Origin: Anthoceros angustus
Lineage: Eukaryota > Plantae > Anthocerotophyta
Direction: 5' to 3'
DNA: 64,000 bases
NCBI GenBank assembly: GCA_010909165.1
Contig: MU008182.1
Coordinates: 868,001 to 932,000 of the forward strand
This document shows, one piece after another, positions 47,687 through 59,379 of the stretch (positions are counted from its first letter, which is position 1; every line of letters starts with the position of its first letter). The translations under genes were made by a program, and so were the position numbers. The notes under the pieces were generated by a model. It saw only the letters and a list, made by a program, of their open reading frames with translations. It did not search any database and was not told the DNA's origin.

Positions 47687-50466
47687 TTATGTCGAACGTG
47701 CCATGGTATCCCCAACCAGAAAGCTGTGCACCAGTCCGTCCATGTCGGTCCACCAGCTCTGGCCTGGCTGCTTCCTTGCCCCATTTCCTTGTCTCCACGA
47801 ATGCATCTCCTGTGCCTGCTCCCACATTTGAGAACTGGTGTATATGTTCGACATCAACACATAAGCTGAGGGATCATGCTTGTCGATGGAGACTGCTCCG
47901 TGAAAAGCATGCCGTCCCACCTCCACGTTGCTCCACTTTTGACAAGCACCCAAAAGAGTGCGCCAAACTGCAGCATCCGGCAGTGCAGGCATCGTCTTTA
48001 TCAAGGTTAGCGCCTCATCCAGTTGACCTGCACGGCCCAGGAGATCCACCATGCACGTGTAGTGCTCTACTGTGGGACTGATGCCGTAGGTTTTGCTCAT
48101 AGTGTCAAAGTATTCTCGCCCCTCGTTCACTAGACCCGTATGACTGCAAACGGTTAGGACATGGAGGAATGTGACGCCAGCTGGCTGTATGCCATCCTCT
48201 CTCATTCTGTGAAACAAGTCAAATACAGCTTCACAGTCGCCTTCCCGAGCGTAGCCTGCAATCAGAGCATTCCAGGCAACATCATCTCTATGGGACAAAG
48301 CCTCAAACACCTGCTGTGCATGAACCATGCTACCACATTTTCCATACATGCTTATCAAACTGTCAGCTACAAGCACATCATCTTGGAGCCCTCGCTCTTT
48401 AATCTGCTTGTGAAGCTCTTGTCCCAGATGCAAAGCTGCGACATGCGCACATGCCTGTAGCAGGCACACAAACGTCACGCAATCAGGTGCAGCCACACCT
48501 TCTTCTTGCATAGCCCTGTAAAGGCCAAGGGCTTCCTGCCCCATGCCCTGCTGGGAATAGCCCGCTATCAAAGCATTCCAGGTCACCACATCTTTCTCAG
48601 CAAGTCCATCAAACACACCCTGGGCATCCCCTAGGCTGCCGCACTTTGCATACATGTTTACCAAGCTGTTGGCCACAAAGGCATCAGCCTCAAGTCCTCC
48701 TTCTCTAATTTGTGTATGCACCTGCCTCCCGTTCTCCAAAGACTGGGTGCCCAAACTCGCACATGCCTGCAGAAGGCAAACAAAAGTCACCGAATCGGGA
48801 ACAGCCACACCCTCTCCTTGCATAGCACTGTAAAGATAAAGGGCTTCCTGGCCCATCCCCTCCTGGCAATACCCTGCTATCAGACAAGTCCATGTCACCA
48901 CATCTTTCTGACCAAGTCCATCAAACACTCTCTGAGCGTCTTCCATGCTGCCACACTTTGCATACATGTTAACCAAACTGCTTCCTACCAACAAATCGCT
49001 GTGAAGCCCTTGTTCCCTGATCTGTGCATGAAGCTGCCTTCCGGTCTCCAAAGCTGATGTACCCACGATTGAACATGCCTGCAGAAGGCACACAAACGTC
49101 ACAGCATTTGGTGCAGCCATGCCTTCTTCTTGCATAGCCCTATAAAGATGAAGGGCTTCCAGTCCCATGCTCTGCTGGGTGTATCCTGCTATCATGGCAC
49201 TCCATGTCACCACAGTTTTCTGACCTAGTCCATCAAACAAGGCCCGAGCATCCTCCACACTGCCACACTTTGCATACATGTCTACCAAACTGCTAGCTAC
49301 AAACACATCAACCTGCAGTCCTCGTTCTCTAATTTCTGCATGAAGCTGCTTCCCCTTCTCCAAAGCTGACGGGCCCACACTCGCACATGCCTGCAGGACA
49401 GACAAAAATGTAACAGAGTTGGGTACGACCATACCTTCTGCTTCCATAGCCTTGTAGAGATTCAGTGCTTGCTGCCCCATGCCGCGCTGAGAATATGCTG
49501 CTATCATGGCACTCCATGTCACCACATCCTTCCTAGGGAGCCTATCAAACACTCTTCGAGCGTCCTCCAAGCTGCCACACTTGGCATACATGTCCACCAA
49601 GCAACTAGTGACAAACAAATCCGGCTCAACTTCAATGGCCAACATATCAGCATGCACCTGCTGACCAGATTTCAAGTCTCCTCCCCTTGCACACGCCTGA
49701 AGTGCTGCTACAACCACATGCCCGTCTGGCTTCACACTTGACCTCCGCATCTGCTGATACAACTGTATTGCCTGCTTTTCTTGTCCGTGTTTAACATGCG
49801 CTGAAATTATGGCAGACCACGTGAACGCATCAGGTTTGGCCACCAGAGAGAACGCATCAACAGCTTCTTGCAATATGCCATAAGACGAATACATTCGCAG
49901 GATGTGGTTGCACAAGAACGTGTCCGACTCATAGCCCTTCTTCAATGTAAGGGCATGAACACGGCGACCCAGGGGCAGATCCCTCTTAGCCACACATTCT
50001 CTTAACACCGTACAAAAGAGATGTTTCGACACATGAAAGTCTGTACGCACTAGGACTCCCAAACACTCAACGGCCTCACCAAGCTCCCCTTGCTGACATA
50101 GCCTTCTCACGGTTTCAGCAGTGACGTCCCCCGGGTGGTCACAATCGGCCCGGGCCCGCACGGTCCAGCTGAATGTCCGGGAACCACGACCCATCTCCAT
50201 ATCAAGAGCAGCCAGCTGCGGATCCACTGAAGCTGGCTCATAGACCCCTTGGAACTCCCCGTTCCGCAAAGCATGGCATTGCAGAAGACTTCTGTGCGAC
50301 CACCCTCGCTGGACGATCCTCCTCCAGCAAACCATCCTCTTTCACAAGCTACTTTCCTTACAACGGTGCTGCCCCTCGGGGCTCCCTTGTTCACCGACGG
50401 TTCGTACCTTGAATTCAGGTGAGCAGAAGCTCTCCCTAGAGTAGCTGTTGACCTGCACACAGCCAT
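47687..50466 (-). CDS. PLS-class PPR protein (PLS2), E domains, truncated just after the WW box
   Basis: 882-aa ORF 47687-50335 has six triplets and ends KQPGQSWWTDMDGLVHSFLVGDTMARST*. The conserved MAV.R..LGRASAHL start at 50466 is out of frame unless spliced. Confidence 0.88.
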
Positions 50467-50899
50467 GGCTCACACGAACATGCCCTGAACCTACGAACAG
50501 GAACACGATTTAGCTTCTATCGCACAAGAACGACCTGTAGGACATCAGCCAGACCAGTGGTTGGACAAAGCTAGCACCGCAGGCTTGATTCAAAGGAGGA
50601 TGCCACGGGCTAACAATCCACGTACATATGCACCCAACAAGTTCTCCGGAACTTGTTGGGTTCACCATGACAGGCTTGCTTTGTTCCAAGTTTAAGAACT
50701 TAGCATTGTCATAATCTCTCGCACGGGAATAACCCAAGTTGACAATCAAGATCCTCGTCCAAGCCTTCTCTTCGAGCGGCTAGGTAGTTCTCGGGGCTGA
50801 TAATCGTATCTACCAATATTCCATATCCGTAGCTGCGACAGAAATGGAAAAACGAAGCCTCTAACACTGCCCCAAAGGTTCTGGTGTTATTGAACGGAG

Positions 50900-52287
50900 A
50901 TGGAGATGGGCTCGAGACAGCGATGTGGGAAATGGCTGCCTTCCAAGCGAAGATCGTGTGCCAGTTGGGCACTACCTTCCCAGCAGTTTTGCGGTAATCA
51001 CCAAGAGTCAGATACACACTTGAGGGTGGCCTGCCCGCTGGATCCATCTCAGTAAGTCAGCTTCCGTCCAGTCAGTGGTTTGTCAAGGTTGCCATGCTTG
51101 GCTTGACGCGGACTGATGTCTGGCTATCTGTTTGCAGCACAATTTTGCAAGCCGAGGTGGAGGCCCACGCAAAGAAATGTAACGTGGCCAAGCAGCAGCA
51201 ACGTTTTGATGATCTAGAGTATTTTCGCAAGGCGGTTAATGCCGGGAGTGATGATGAGGGACAGCTTGTGACAGCGGGAGGGAAGAGGGCAGCTGTGGCC
51301 GAATTGAGTGAGGATGCATTTGGGGAGTTGGTGAGGAGAATCAAGGCTGCTTCTGACACGCAGTGCCAGGAGTCCCTGGAGGAGAGTATTTCGGCACCGG
51401 AAGTGTGCAACAGATGGGCTGAGCGAGACAGAAGGTTACCATTCCAGGAGAAACATGTGGTGCAACAGGCTTCCATTTTAGGGAACCTGGAGGAGTTTGG
51501 GCTTCTGGAAACATCTGGAAGGACGTGTTACGTGGAGTTCGGCGCTGGGAGAGGGTATTTGTCGCACATGTTGTGTGACTGCTATGGGGTTGGTAAGGTT
51601 GTGATGATAGAGCGGAGGTCATACAAGTTCAAGGCGGATAGGACGTTGCGGCAGCAGGCAGGGGTGTCGTTGGACCGTTTGAGAATTGATATTGAGGACC
51701 TTAAGTTGGGAGCTGTTCCAGCCTTGCAGGGCCTGCGTTATGTAGCTGTGAGCAAACACTTGTGTGGGGCAGCCACGGACCTGACTCTCAGGTGCTGCCT
51801 TTCGAAGGATGCCGACACCTTTGGCGAAGAAGTGAGCGATGATGTGAAGAAGGTTTCTGTTCCAGTTCTAATTGGTGTTGGAATTGCCACTTGTTGCCAT
51901 CATTTGTGCAGCTGGAAGTCGTTTGTGAACAAGAGCTTCTTCCTGGAATTGGGTTTCACGAAGGACGAGTTTAGTATGATCACATGGCTCAGCAGCTGGG
52001 CAGCGAGCGGTGATGCTGAGCATGGAGAAGGGGGTTTGCGGCAAGATGTTCCTCTTTCAAATGCTGAACCTTCGGTGCATTCGGCTAATGGGAAGCATAA
52101 GCTCTCTGAGACCATTACGTGCCTCAGTGCAGATCAAAAGAAGGAGTTAGGAATGAAATGCAAGCGGCTGATTGACACCGGAAGACTGAGGTGGCTGAAC
52201 CAGCAGGGAATGCGTTCAAAGCTGGTAAAATACGTGCCAGAGACAATATCCCCGGAAAACACGTTGTTACTGGCGAGAAGGGTGTAA
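50900..52287 (+). CDS. TRM13: tRNA:m4X methyltransferase TRM13, join(50900..51051,51138..52287)
   Basis: Exon 1 has a CCCH finger (CGKWLPSKRRSC..FCGNH) and VACPLDPS(H). An 86-bp GT-AG intron restores the CHHC finger (H|TILQAEVEAHAKKC). Motifs EFGAGRGYLS, KHLCGAATDL, ATCCHH, SPENTLL. Confidence 0.93.
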
Positions 52288-52831
52288 GCCCTTGAAGGTG
52301 GCAAGCAGGAGGGTCGTTGGGAGTATGGTGGAAACGTAGCTCCAACTCTCTAGACTTTTCCAGGTTCCTTAAAGTACCAGCAACTCCATCAGGGTGGATT
52401 TGGCAAGTAGCCGTTGTGCAGATCTTTGGAGACGAAGAATCTCTTGCACCTGCACCAGTCCAGTTCTCTATCGTTGATCCGTGCACCCCAGAATTTGGAG
52501 AGACTTGGAAATTGGAAGGAAGCTGTTGAGAAAGTACCTTTCCTTAGGTCTGACAGGGAATAGGTGCAACCGCTCTCCTGCCAGCTCAAGTTGCCAAGTC
52601 TGAAAGTGCCGGACGACAATCAAGTTCCCCAGAAGGAGACAATGTTTTGGCTGAAAATGTACGGGAAATGCAGGAAAATCCGGCTTTTCTTGAGGTTATG
52701 TTGCTGTTCGAGCTCTTGAAGGCGGTATCCAGCTCCTTTCCCCTGAAATGCCTGAGCAAGTCCATTTACAGCGGTTGTCATAGTAGTTCTCAACGGAGCA
52801 TTTTCGGTTCTCAAAATGGCAATGGGATTAT

Positions 52832-55132
52832 CTAAGAGAACCAGCTTCTTGCTGCGCCCACACGACAGATCTTGCTTTCCATCTTCAAATATATGCTCGG
52901 GTGCAGAGCCTGGATATTACGTGCTTCAATCCCTGGAAACCTATCCCCAACCGAAAAAGTATGCACCACTCCGTCCAGGTCGGTCCACCAACTCCGGCCT
53001 GGCTGCTTCCATGCCCCGATTCTCAGTCTCCTTGCCTGTATCTCATGTGCCTTCTCCCACATCTGGGCACCCCTGTATATGTTCGACATCAGCGTATATG
53101 CGGCGGGATCATCCTTATCTAACTTCACTGCTTCATCGAAAGCATGGACTCCTACATCCACGCTGCCCCACTTTCGACAGGCACCCAATAGAGTGTGCCA
53201 AACTGCAGCATCAGGCTGTACAGGCATTGTCTCTATCACCTCAAGTGCCTGATCTAGTAGACCTGCCCGGCCCAGAAGATCCACCATACATGTGTAGTGC
53301 TCCACAGTGGGACTGATACCATAGTGTCTGCGCATAATCTCAAAGTACTCTCGCCCTTCTTTCACTAGACCTGTATGACTGCATGCTGTTAGTACACTAA
53401 GGAATGTGATGCCAGCTGGCTGTAAGCCATAGTCTCGCATTCTGTGAAACAATTCAAGCACCACTTCAGTGTCTCCTTGCTGGGTGTACCCTGCGATTAG
53501 TGAACTCCAGGCGAAGACGTCTCGTTCAGGCAATTCCTCAAACACCTGTTGTGCATCAACCATGCTACCGCACTTTGAGTACATGTTAATCAAACTGCCA
53601 GATACAAGCACGTCAGCTTGAAGTCCTTGTTCTCTTATCTGTGCATGAAGCTGCCTTCCCACATGCAAAGCTGCCACATTTGCACAGGCCTGCAGCAGAC
53701 ACGCAAATGTTACAGAATCGGGTTCAGCCATGCCTTCTTCTTCCATAGCCTTGTAAAGTTGAAAGGCTGCCTGCACTACGCCCTGCTGGGAATACGCTGC
53801 TATCATGGCATTCCAGGTCACCACGTCTTTCACAGGAAGTTCTTCAAACACGATTTCGGCATTCTCTAAGCTGCCACATTTTGCATACATGTTTACCAAA
53901 GCGTTGCCTACAAATCCATCCGTGTGAAGTCCTCTTCCTCTGATTTCTGCGTGAAGCTCCTTTCCCTTTTCCAAAGCCAGGATGCCCAAACTTGCACATG
54001 CCTGAAGGAGACATATAAATGTCACGGAATTGGGTGAGGTCCCTTCTTCCCGCATAGCTCTGTATAGACCGAAGGCGTCCTCCACCAGTCCCTGCTGAGA
54101 ATATCCAGCTATCATAGCGCTCCATGTTACCACATTCTTCTGACCAAGCCCATCAAACACACCCCGCGCATCCTCTAAACTGCCACACTTCACATACATG
54201 TTTACTAAACTGCTGGCCACAAAGAGGTCACTTTGAAATCCTCGTTCTGTGATTTGCGAATGAAACTGCCTCCCCTTCTCCAGAGCTGAGATGCCCACAT
54301 TAGCACATGCCTGCAGGAGACACACAAATGTTACACCGTCGAGCACAAGGGTGCCTTCCTCTTGCATGGCACTGTGGAGACGAAGGGCTTCCTGCCCCAT
54401 GCCCTGCTGGGAATACCCAGCTATCAGAGCACTCCAGGTGACCAAATCCTTATGCGGCAGCCCGTCAAAGACTCTCTGGGCGTCTTCCAACCTTCCACAC
54501 TTAGCATACATATCCACCAAGGAACTACAGACAAATAGACCAGGCTCAATGCCAGCAGCCAATACATCAGCATGCACCTGCTGTCCAGATTTCAAGTCTC
54601 GTCCTTTTGCACAAGCCTGAAGTACTGCCACAAAAACACGTTCATCTGGCCTCACAGTCGACCTGCAGCTCCGTTGATACAGCTCTATAGCCTGCTTGTC
54701 ATTCCCCTGTTTAACATGAGCTGAGATTATGACAGACCACGTAAACCTATCTGGATTGGCAACTAAAGCGAACGAATCCATAGCCTCCTGCAACCTGCCA
54801 TGAGCACTATATAGGCGCAGGATGTGGTTGCACAGAAACGTGTTCGACTCAGATCCCTTCTTCACTGTAAAAGCATGAACACGGCGACCCAGAGGCAGAT
54901 TCTTCTTAGCCGCACACTCTTTTAGCACCGTGTAGAAGACAGAGTTGGAGACTGGCAAGTTTGTCTGTACCAGAACTCCCAGAGCCTCAACAGCTTCACT
55001 GAGATGCCCCTGCTGACAAAGCTTCGTCACGGCATCAGCCGTTATGTGCTTTTCGTATACCAAAGGCCTGTGAGGGAAACACTCATGTGACACGCTCCAG
55101 TTGGATGCAGGGACAGGATGACCCATCTGCAT
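52832..55132 (-). CDS. PLS-class PPR protein (PLS3), E domains, WW box, decayed DYW
   Basis: Five triplets and WKQPGRSWWTD. An out-of-frame remnant LSCGRSKKLV lies at 52839-52868. First ATG is 55132 (MQMGHP). Confidence 0.88.
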   Translation of the reverse strand: MQMGHPVPASNWSVSHECFPHRPLVYEKHITADAVTKLCQQGHLSEAVEALGVLVQTNLPVSNSVFYTVLKECAAKKNLPLGRRVHAFTVKKGSESNTFLCNHILRLYSAHGRLQEAMDSFALVANPDRFTWSVIISAHVKQGNDKQAIELYQRSCRSTVRPDERVFVAVLQACAKGRDLKSGQQVHADVLAAGIEPGLFVCSSLVDMYAKCGRLEDAQRVFDGLPHKDLVTWSALIAGYSQQGMGQEALRLHSAMQEEGTLVLDGVTFVCLLQACANVGISALEKGRQFHSQITERGFQSDLFVASSLVNMYVKCGSLEDARGVFDGLGQKNVVTWSAMIAGYSQQGLVEDAFGLYRAMREEGTSPNSVTFICLLQACASLGILALEKGKELHAEIRGRGLHTDGFVGNALVNMYAKCGSLENAEIVFEELPVKDVVTWNAMIAAYSQQGVVQAAFQLYKAMEEEGMAEPDSVTFACLLQACANVAALHVGRQLHAQIREQGLQADVLVSGSLINMYSKCGSMVDAQQVFEELPERDVFAWSSLIAGYTQQGDTEVVLELFHRMRDYGLQPAGITFLSVLTACSHTGLVKEGREYFEIMRRHYGISPTVEHYTCMVDLLGRAGLLDQALEVIETMPVQPDAAVWHTLLGACRKWGSVDVGVHAFDEAVKLDKDDPAAYTLMSNIYRGAQMWEKAHEIQARRLRIGAWKQPGRSWWTDLDGVVHTFSVGDRFPGIEARNIQALHPSIYLKMESKICRVGAARSWFS

Positions 55133-55435
55133 ATGTAGAGACAGCAAGTAAAGAGAACGTTGTGTTGCCTGTTATCAGTCGTCGTCAAAGGAGCTCTGGC
55201 CATTGGAAGATCCACGTCCAGCCCTCTCTTGCCAGAGTAAAGAGATCGAAGGTTTCATTATTTCCGAACACTCGAGGGTTGTGTACAACGTGGATCATTT
55301 TCAATAATGTGTTGTTCTTCAAGAGCAACATGGACGGGCATTTCCATGTCTTATGTACATCTACTTGCCTGGACAAAACCTACGGTAGCTATAGACGTAC
55401 AGGTGGTTTTCCACATTTTTTCCATTCTGCACAAC

Positions 55436-57739
55436 CTAGGGATGACTTTTCTCACCAGCTAAGAAACCATGCACGAGTCCGTCCATGTCTGTCCACCAGC
55501 TCTGGCCTGGCTGCTTCCATGCCCCGATTTTCTTTCTCGTCGCCTGTATCTCCTGTGCCTCCTCCCACATCTGGGCATCGGTGTATATGTTCGACATCAT
55601 CACATATGCTGCAGCATCTTTCTTGTCTAGCTTCACAGCTTGATTGAAAGCATGCCGCCCGACCTCCATGTTGCTCCACTTTCGACAAGCACCCAAAAGA
55701 GTATGCCAAACTGCAGCATCAGGGACTGCCGGCATTGTCCTTGCAACAGCTAGTGCCTTGTCCAGTTGTCCTGAACGACCCAGGAGATCCACGACGCTTG
55801 TGTAGTGGTCCACCGTGGGACTGATGCCATAGTCTCGGCTCATAGCATCGAAGTACTCTCGCCCTTGGCTCACTAGACCCGTGTGACTGCATACTGTTAG
55901 TATACTGAGGAATGTGACGCCGTCTGGTTTTATGCCATCCTCTCTCATTTTGAGAACTAATTCAAAGACCAATTCACTGTCTCCTTGACAGGCGTATCCT
56001 GCAATTAGTGCACTCCAGGTGACAACAGTTTTTTCGGGCAATGTGTCAAACACTGCCTGTGCTTCAACCATGCTGCCCGACTTCGCATACATGTTTATCA
56101 AACTGTTACCCACAGTAGCATCAGTTTGAAGCCCTTGATCTTTTACCCGCGCATGAATCTCCCGTCCTATATGCAGCGCTGCCAAACTTGCACATGCCTG
56201 AAGGAGGCACACAAACGTTACTGAATTGGGTGCAACAAGACCCTCTTCATGCATAGCCCTGTAAAGACGGAGAGCCTTGGAGCCCATGCCTTTGTGAGAA
56301 TATCCTGCAATAATGGCATTCCATGTCACCACATCTTTTTGAGGAAGTGTGTCAAACATGCCATGAGCATCCTCTAGGCTCCCACACTTGGCGTACATGT
56401 TTACCAAACTGTTGCCTACAATCAGATGAGAATCAAGTCCTCCTCTTCTAATTTTAGCATGAAGCTGCTTCCCCTTCTCCAAAGCCGGAGTGCCTAGACT
56501 TGCACAGGCCTGCAGGAGGCACGCGAATGTCACAGAATCAAGTGCGACGATGCCTTCTTCTTGCATAGCCCCGTAGAGATCAAGGGCTTCTTGACCCATA
56601 CCCTGCTGGGAATACCCTGCTATCATGGCACCCCATGTCACATCATTTTTCTGAGCAAGTCCGTCAAATATGCATCGAGCCTCGTCTATGCTGCCACATT
56701 TTGCGTACATGTTGACCAGACTGCTGGCTACAAACTCATCAGCTTGAAGCCGTAGTTCTCTAATTTTTGCATGAAGCTGCCTCCCTTCCTCCAAAGCCGG
56801 GGTGCCTATTGTCGCACATGCCTGCAGGAGGCACACAAAAGTCACAGAATTGGGCCTCACCGCGCCTTCATGTTCCATAGCCCTGTGCAGCTGAAGGGCT
56901 TCCTGGCCCATGCCCTGCTGGGCATATCCTGCGATCATTGCACTCCAAATCACCACATTTTTTACAGGAAGGCCGTCAAACACTCTTTGAGCATCTGCCA
57001 AACTGCCACACTTTGCATACATGTCCACCAAGCAACTACAAACAAACAAATCGTGCTCAACTCCACTAGCCAACAAATCAGCATGCACCTGCTGCCCAGA
57101 TTGCAAGTCTCCTCCCCTTGCACAAGCCTGAAGGGCTGCTACAAACACATGCCCATCTGGCTTCACGCTTGATATGCGCATCCTATGATACAGTTGTATG
57201 GCTTGCTGATCATGTCCTTGTTTAACGTGCCCAGAAATTATGGCAGACCATGTGAAGGCATCTGGGTGGGTTATCACATTGAACACATCCATAGCTTCTT
57301 GCAACCTGGCATGAGAAGCATACATTCGCAGAATGTGATTGCACAGGAACGTGTCCGATTCATACCCCTTCTTCACCGTGAGAGCATGAACGCGGCGACC
57401 AAGCAGCAGATCTTTCTCAGCCACAAGTTCCTTAAGAACCGTGTAGAAGAGGGATTGGAAGATCTCGCAGCCGGTATGCACCAGAACTCCCAGAGCATCA
57501 ACAGCCTCAGCGAGCTTTCCCTGCCGGCATAGTTTCCTCACGGTTTTAGCCGTCACGTCGGTTTCGTATCCTGCAGGCCCGCGTATCTGGTGACGACCCT
57601 CGCTGGAACATCGAAGTTCAGACATCGAACGTGCTTGCTTGCTGCGGCTCGCGGCTTCGTTGTTTGCCACAAGTTGGTTCCTTGGAGTCAGATGAGCGGA
57701 AGCTCTTCCTAAACGAGCTGTTACCCTCCAGACAGCCAT
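55436..57739 (-). CDS. PLS-class PPR protein (PLS4), E domains, truncated after the WW box
   Basis: Starts MAVWRVTARLGRASAHL in frame, has five triplets and ends WKQPGQSWWTDMDGLVHGFLAGEKSHP*. Confidence 0.9.
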   Translation of the reverse strand: MAVWRVTARLGRASAHLTPRNQLVANNEAASRSKQARSMSELRCSSEGRHQIRGPAGYETDVTAKTVRKLCRQGKLAEAVDALGVLVHTGCEIFQSLFYTVLKELVAEKDLLLGRRVHALTVKKGYESDTFLCNHILRMYASHARLQEAMDVFNVITHPDAFTWSAIISGHVKQGHDQQAIQLYHRMRISSVKPDGHVFVAALQACARGGDLQSGQQVHADLLASGVEHDLFVCSCLVDMYAKCGSLADAQRVFDGLPVKNVVIWSAMIAGYAQQGMGQEALQLHRAMEHEGAVRPNSVTFVCLLQACATIGTPALEEGRQLHAKIRELRLQADEFVASSLVNMYAKCGSIDEARCIFDGLAQKNDVTWGAMIAGYSQQGMGQEALDLYGAMQEEGIVALDSVTFACLLQACASLGTPALEKGKQLHAKIRRGGLDSHLIVGNSLVNMYAKCGSLEDAHGMFDTLPQKDVVTWNAIIAGYSHKGMGSKALRLYRAMHEEGLVAPNSVTFVCLLQACASLAALHIGREIHARVKDQGLQTDATVGNSLINMYAKSGSMVEAQAVFDTLPEKTVVTWSALIAGYACQGDSELVFELVLKMREDGIKPDGVTFLSILTVCSHTGLVSQGREYFDAMSRDYGISPTVDHYTSVVDLLGRSGQLDKALAVARTMPAVPDAAVWHTLLGACRKWSNMEVGRHAFNQAVKLDKKDAAAYVMMSNIYTDAQMWEEAQEIQATRKKIGAWKQPGQSWWTDMDGLVHGFLAGEKSHP

Positions 57740-57904
57740 GGCTCGCACAAGCGATCCACAGGAGGACGAACCGGTAGGTCATCAGGAAGACTTCGGCTCG
57801 CAGCAGTCTTGATTGACAGGATCACGACATCGGCAAGCACGCGGTGTAGAAGAACTCGGATCAGTGACGGAATGTTGGAACAAGCTGTTCCGGCCTTGCT
57901 GGTC

Positions 57905-58200
57905 ATCCCCAGCTGAAAAAGCTATGCACCAATCCGTCCATGTCTGTCCACCAGCTCTGGCCCGGCGGCTCCTTCCCCTACCCTTCCACTACTCTTCTTG
58001 CCTGCATCTGCTCTGCCTGCTCCCACATTTCAGCACCAGTGTATACATTCGACATTAAGATATATCCTGAGGCATCATGCTTATCTAGCTTCACTGCTGC
58101 ATCAAAAGCATGACGTCCCACCTCCACATTGCTCCACTTTCTACAAGAATCCAGGAGAGTGTGCCACAATACAGCATCAGGCCTTACAGGCCTTCTTACA
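57905..58200 (-). pseudogene. PPR E1/E2 + WW-box fragment (PLS5)
   Basis: PDAVLWHTLLDSCRKWSNVEVGRHAF.., then frameshifted PPGQSWWTDMDGLVHSF. No upstream PLS repeats. Confidence 0.85.
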
Positions 58201-59379
58201 GCTCGATGCATATTTGAAGGACTTGCTCAGAAAAATGATGTGACTTGCTGGCGAAGAGGGGGTGAGCGGGAAAGGGGGGGAAAGGAAGCGGCAGATTGCA
58301 CCTGCAATCTACAGCGCGCCCCCCTCCCCTCGGCCTCCCTCCCCACCTGCCCTCGCGTTCCTGCAAATTCCGCCAAAGAGCTGTCACATTGTGGTTCTCG
58401 CCTTGCCGCGCAGGTCGACAAGAGGTGGGTGCCATCGAGACGAAGGTGGATGGCAACACGCGCGAGCTCGGCGGCAAGTTGAAGGCGCCGGCAGTCGGCT
58501 TGCTTGCGAGGTAGTCGACGAGGCTCAGAATTATTCCAATTCTCGGCGTGGCTTGTTAGCCCGTACAGAACGTGAACCTACGTACTTTGAGTGGTTTCCG
58601 GTGCGTTATGGGATGTGGGATTTTTTCTATATCGATTCTTCGTCTCGCACCTATCAGCATATGTGCCCGGCAATGTTGGGAACAGGTAAACTGTTTAGAG
58701 CAGAAAAAATAGACAGATCTCATGCCCAACGATGGACACTGAAGGCGAGATTCCTGAAACTAGACCAGACTATATCCAACGGATGGCTTCTGTCGCCACA
58801 ACGGCCTCTCCAACGTCCTTCCTGCCCCGGTTACCATCCTCCACTATAGTGCCCGGGGCGGGGCGGACAAGCACTGACCTCCAGAGGCCGGGAGGCAGGT
58901 CGGGGTGTGAACACACCTAGAATTGTGTTATATATAGAATTCTGTATTAAAGAACGTTGAAAATCAAAGAGCTGTGTAAATCAAACCCAATCTATTGAGA
59001 AGCATTGTCCTCGACTGGGGATTCCTTTATCATGATTTGTCAACCTATAAATTGATATTTTGGAGGTGCCAGTGACAGAGATGGCACGAGAGACAGCGAT
59101 CGACTGGTACGGCTGATACTCTGTATTTTGCACATGATCTGATCAACCGTTGCTTCTAGGTATTCTTGTCTTTTCACAATGTCATCAATTTTGTTTTCCA
59201 AAGCTTCACATACCTTCAAAGTTTCTATGGATTTTCATAAAACAATTGTGAAGCACAGCCCGGGCCGGACAAGTTTTAGGGCTTCATGTGCCTTATCGCC
59301 ATGCCATCGGCTCCCTCAACTATATTAGCTGTTGAACTCGTCTGTATATTCAGTATGCTTTCAGCTCGGTTTCTCAATT

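Noticed and set aside
50510-51047. Minus-strand ORFs 50510-50749 and 50709-51047 as genes
   Set aside because: The longer one overlaps TRM13 exon 1 antisense, the other lies in the PLS2/TRM13 promoter gap, and neither shows a domain.
10679-57739. U-to-C editing factors (DYW:KP type)
   Set aside because: All boxes read PG.(S/T)WW rather than the KP-type box, and the catalytic motifs are lost.
58253-58350. G-rich then C-rich tract around a short palindrome as a structured RNA
   Set aside because: Low-complexity pairing and only a 7-8-bp true stem; not distinguishable from background.
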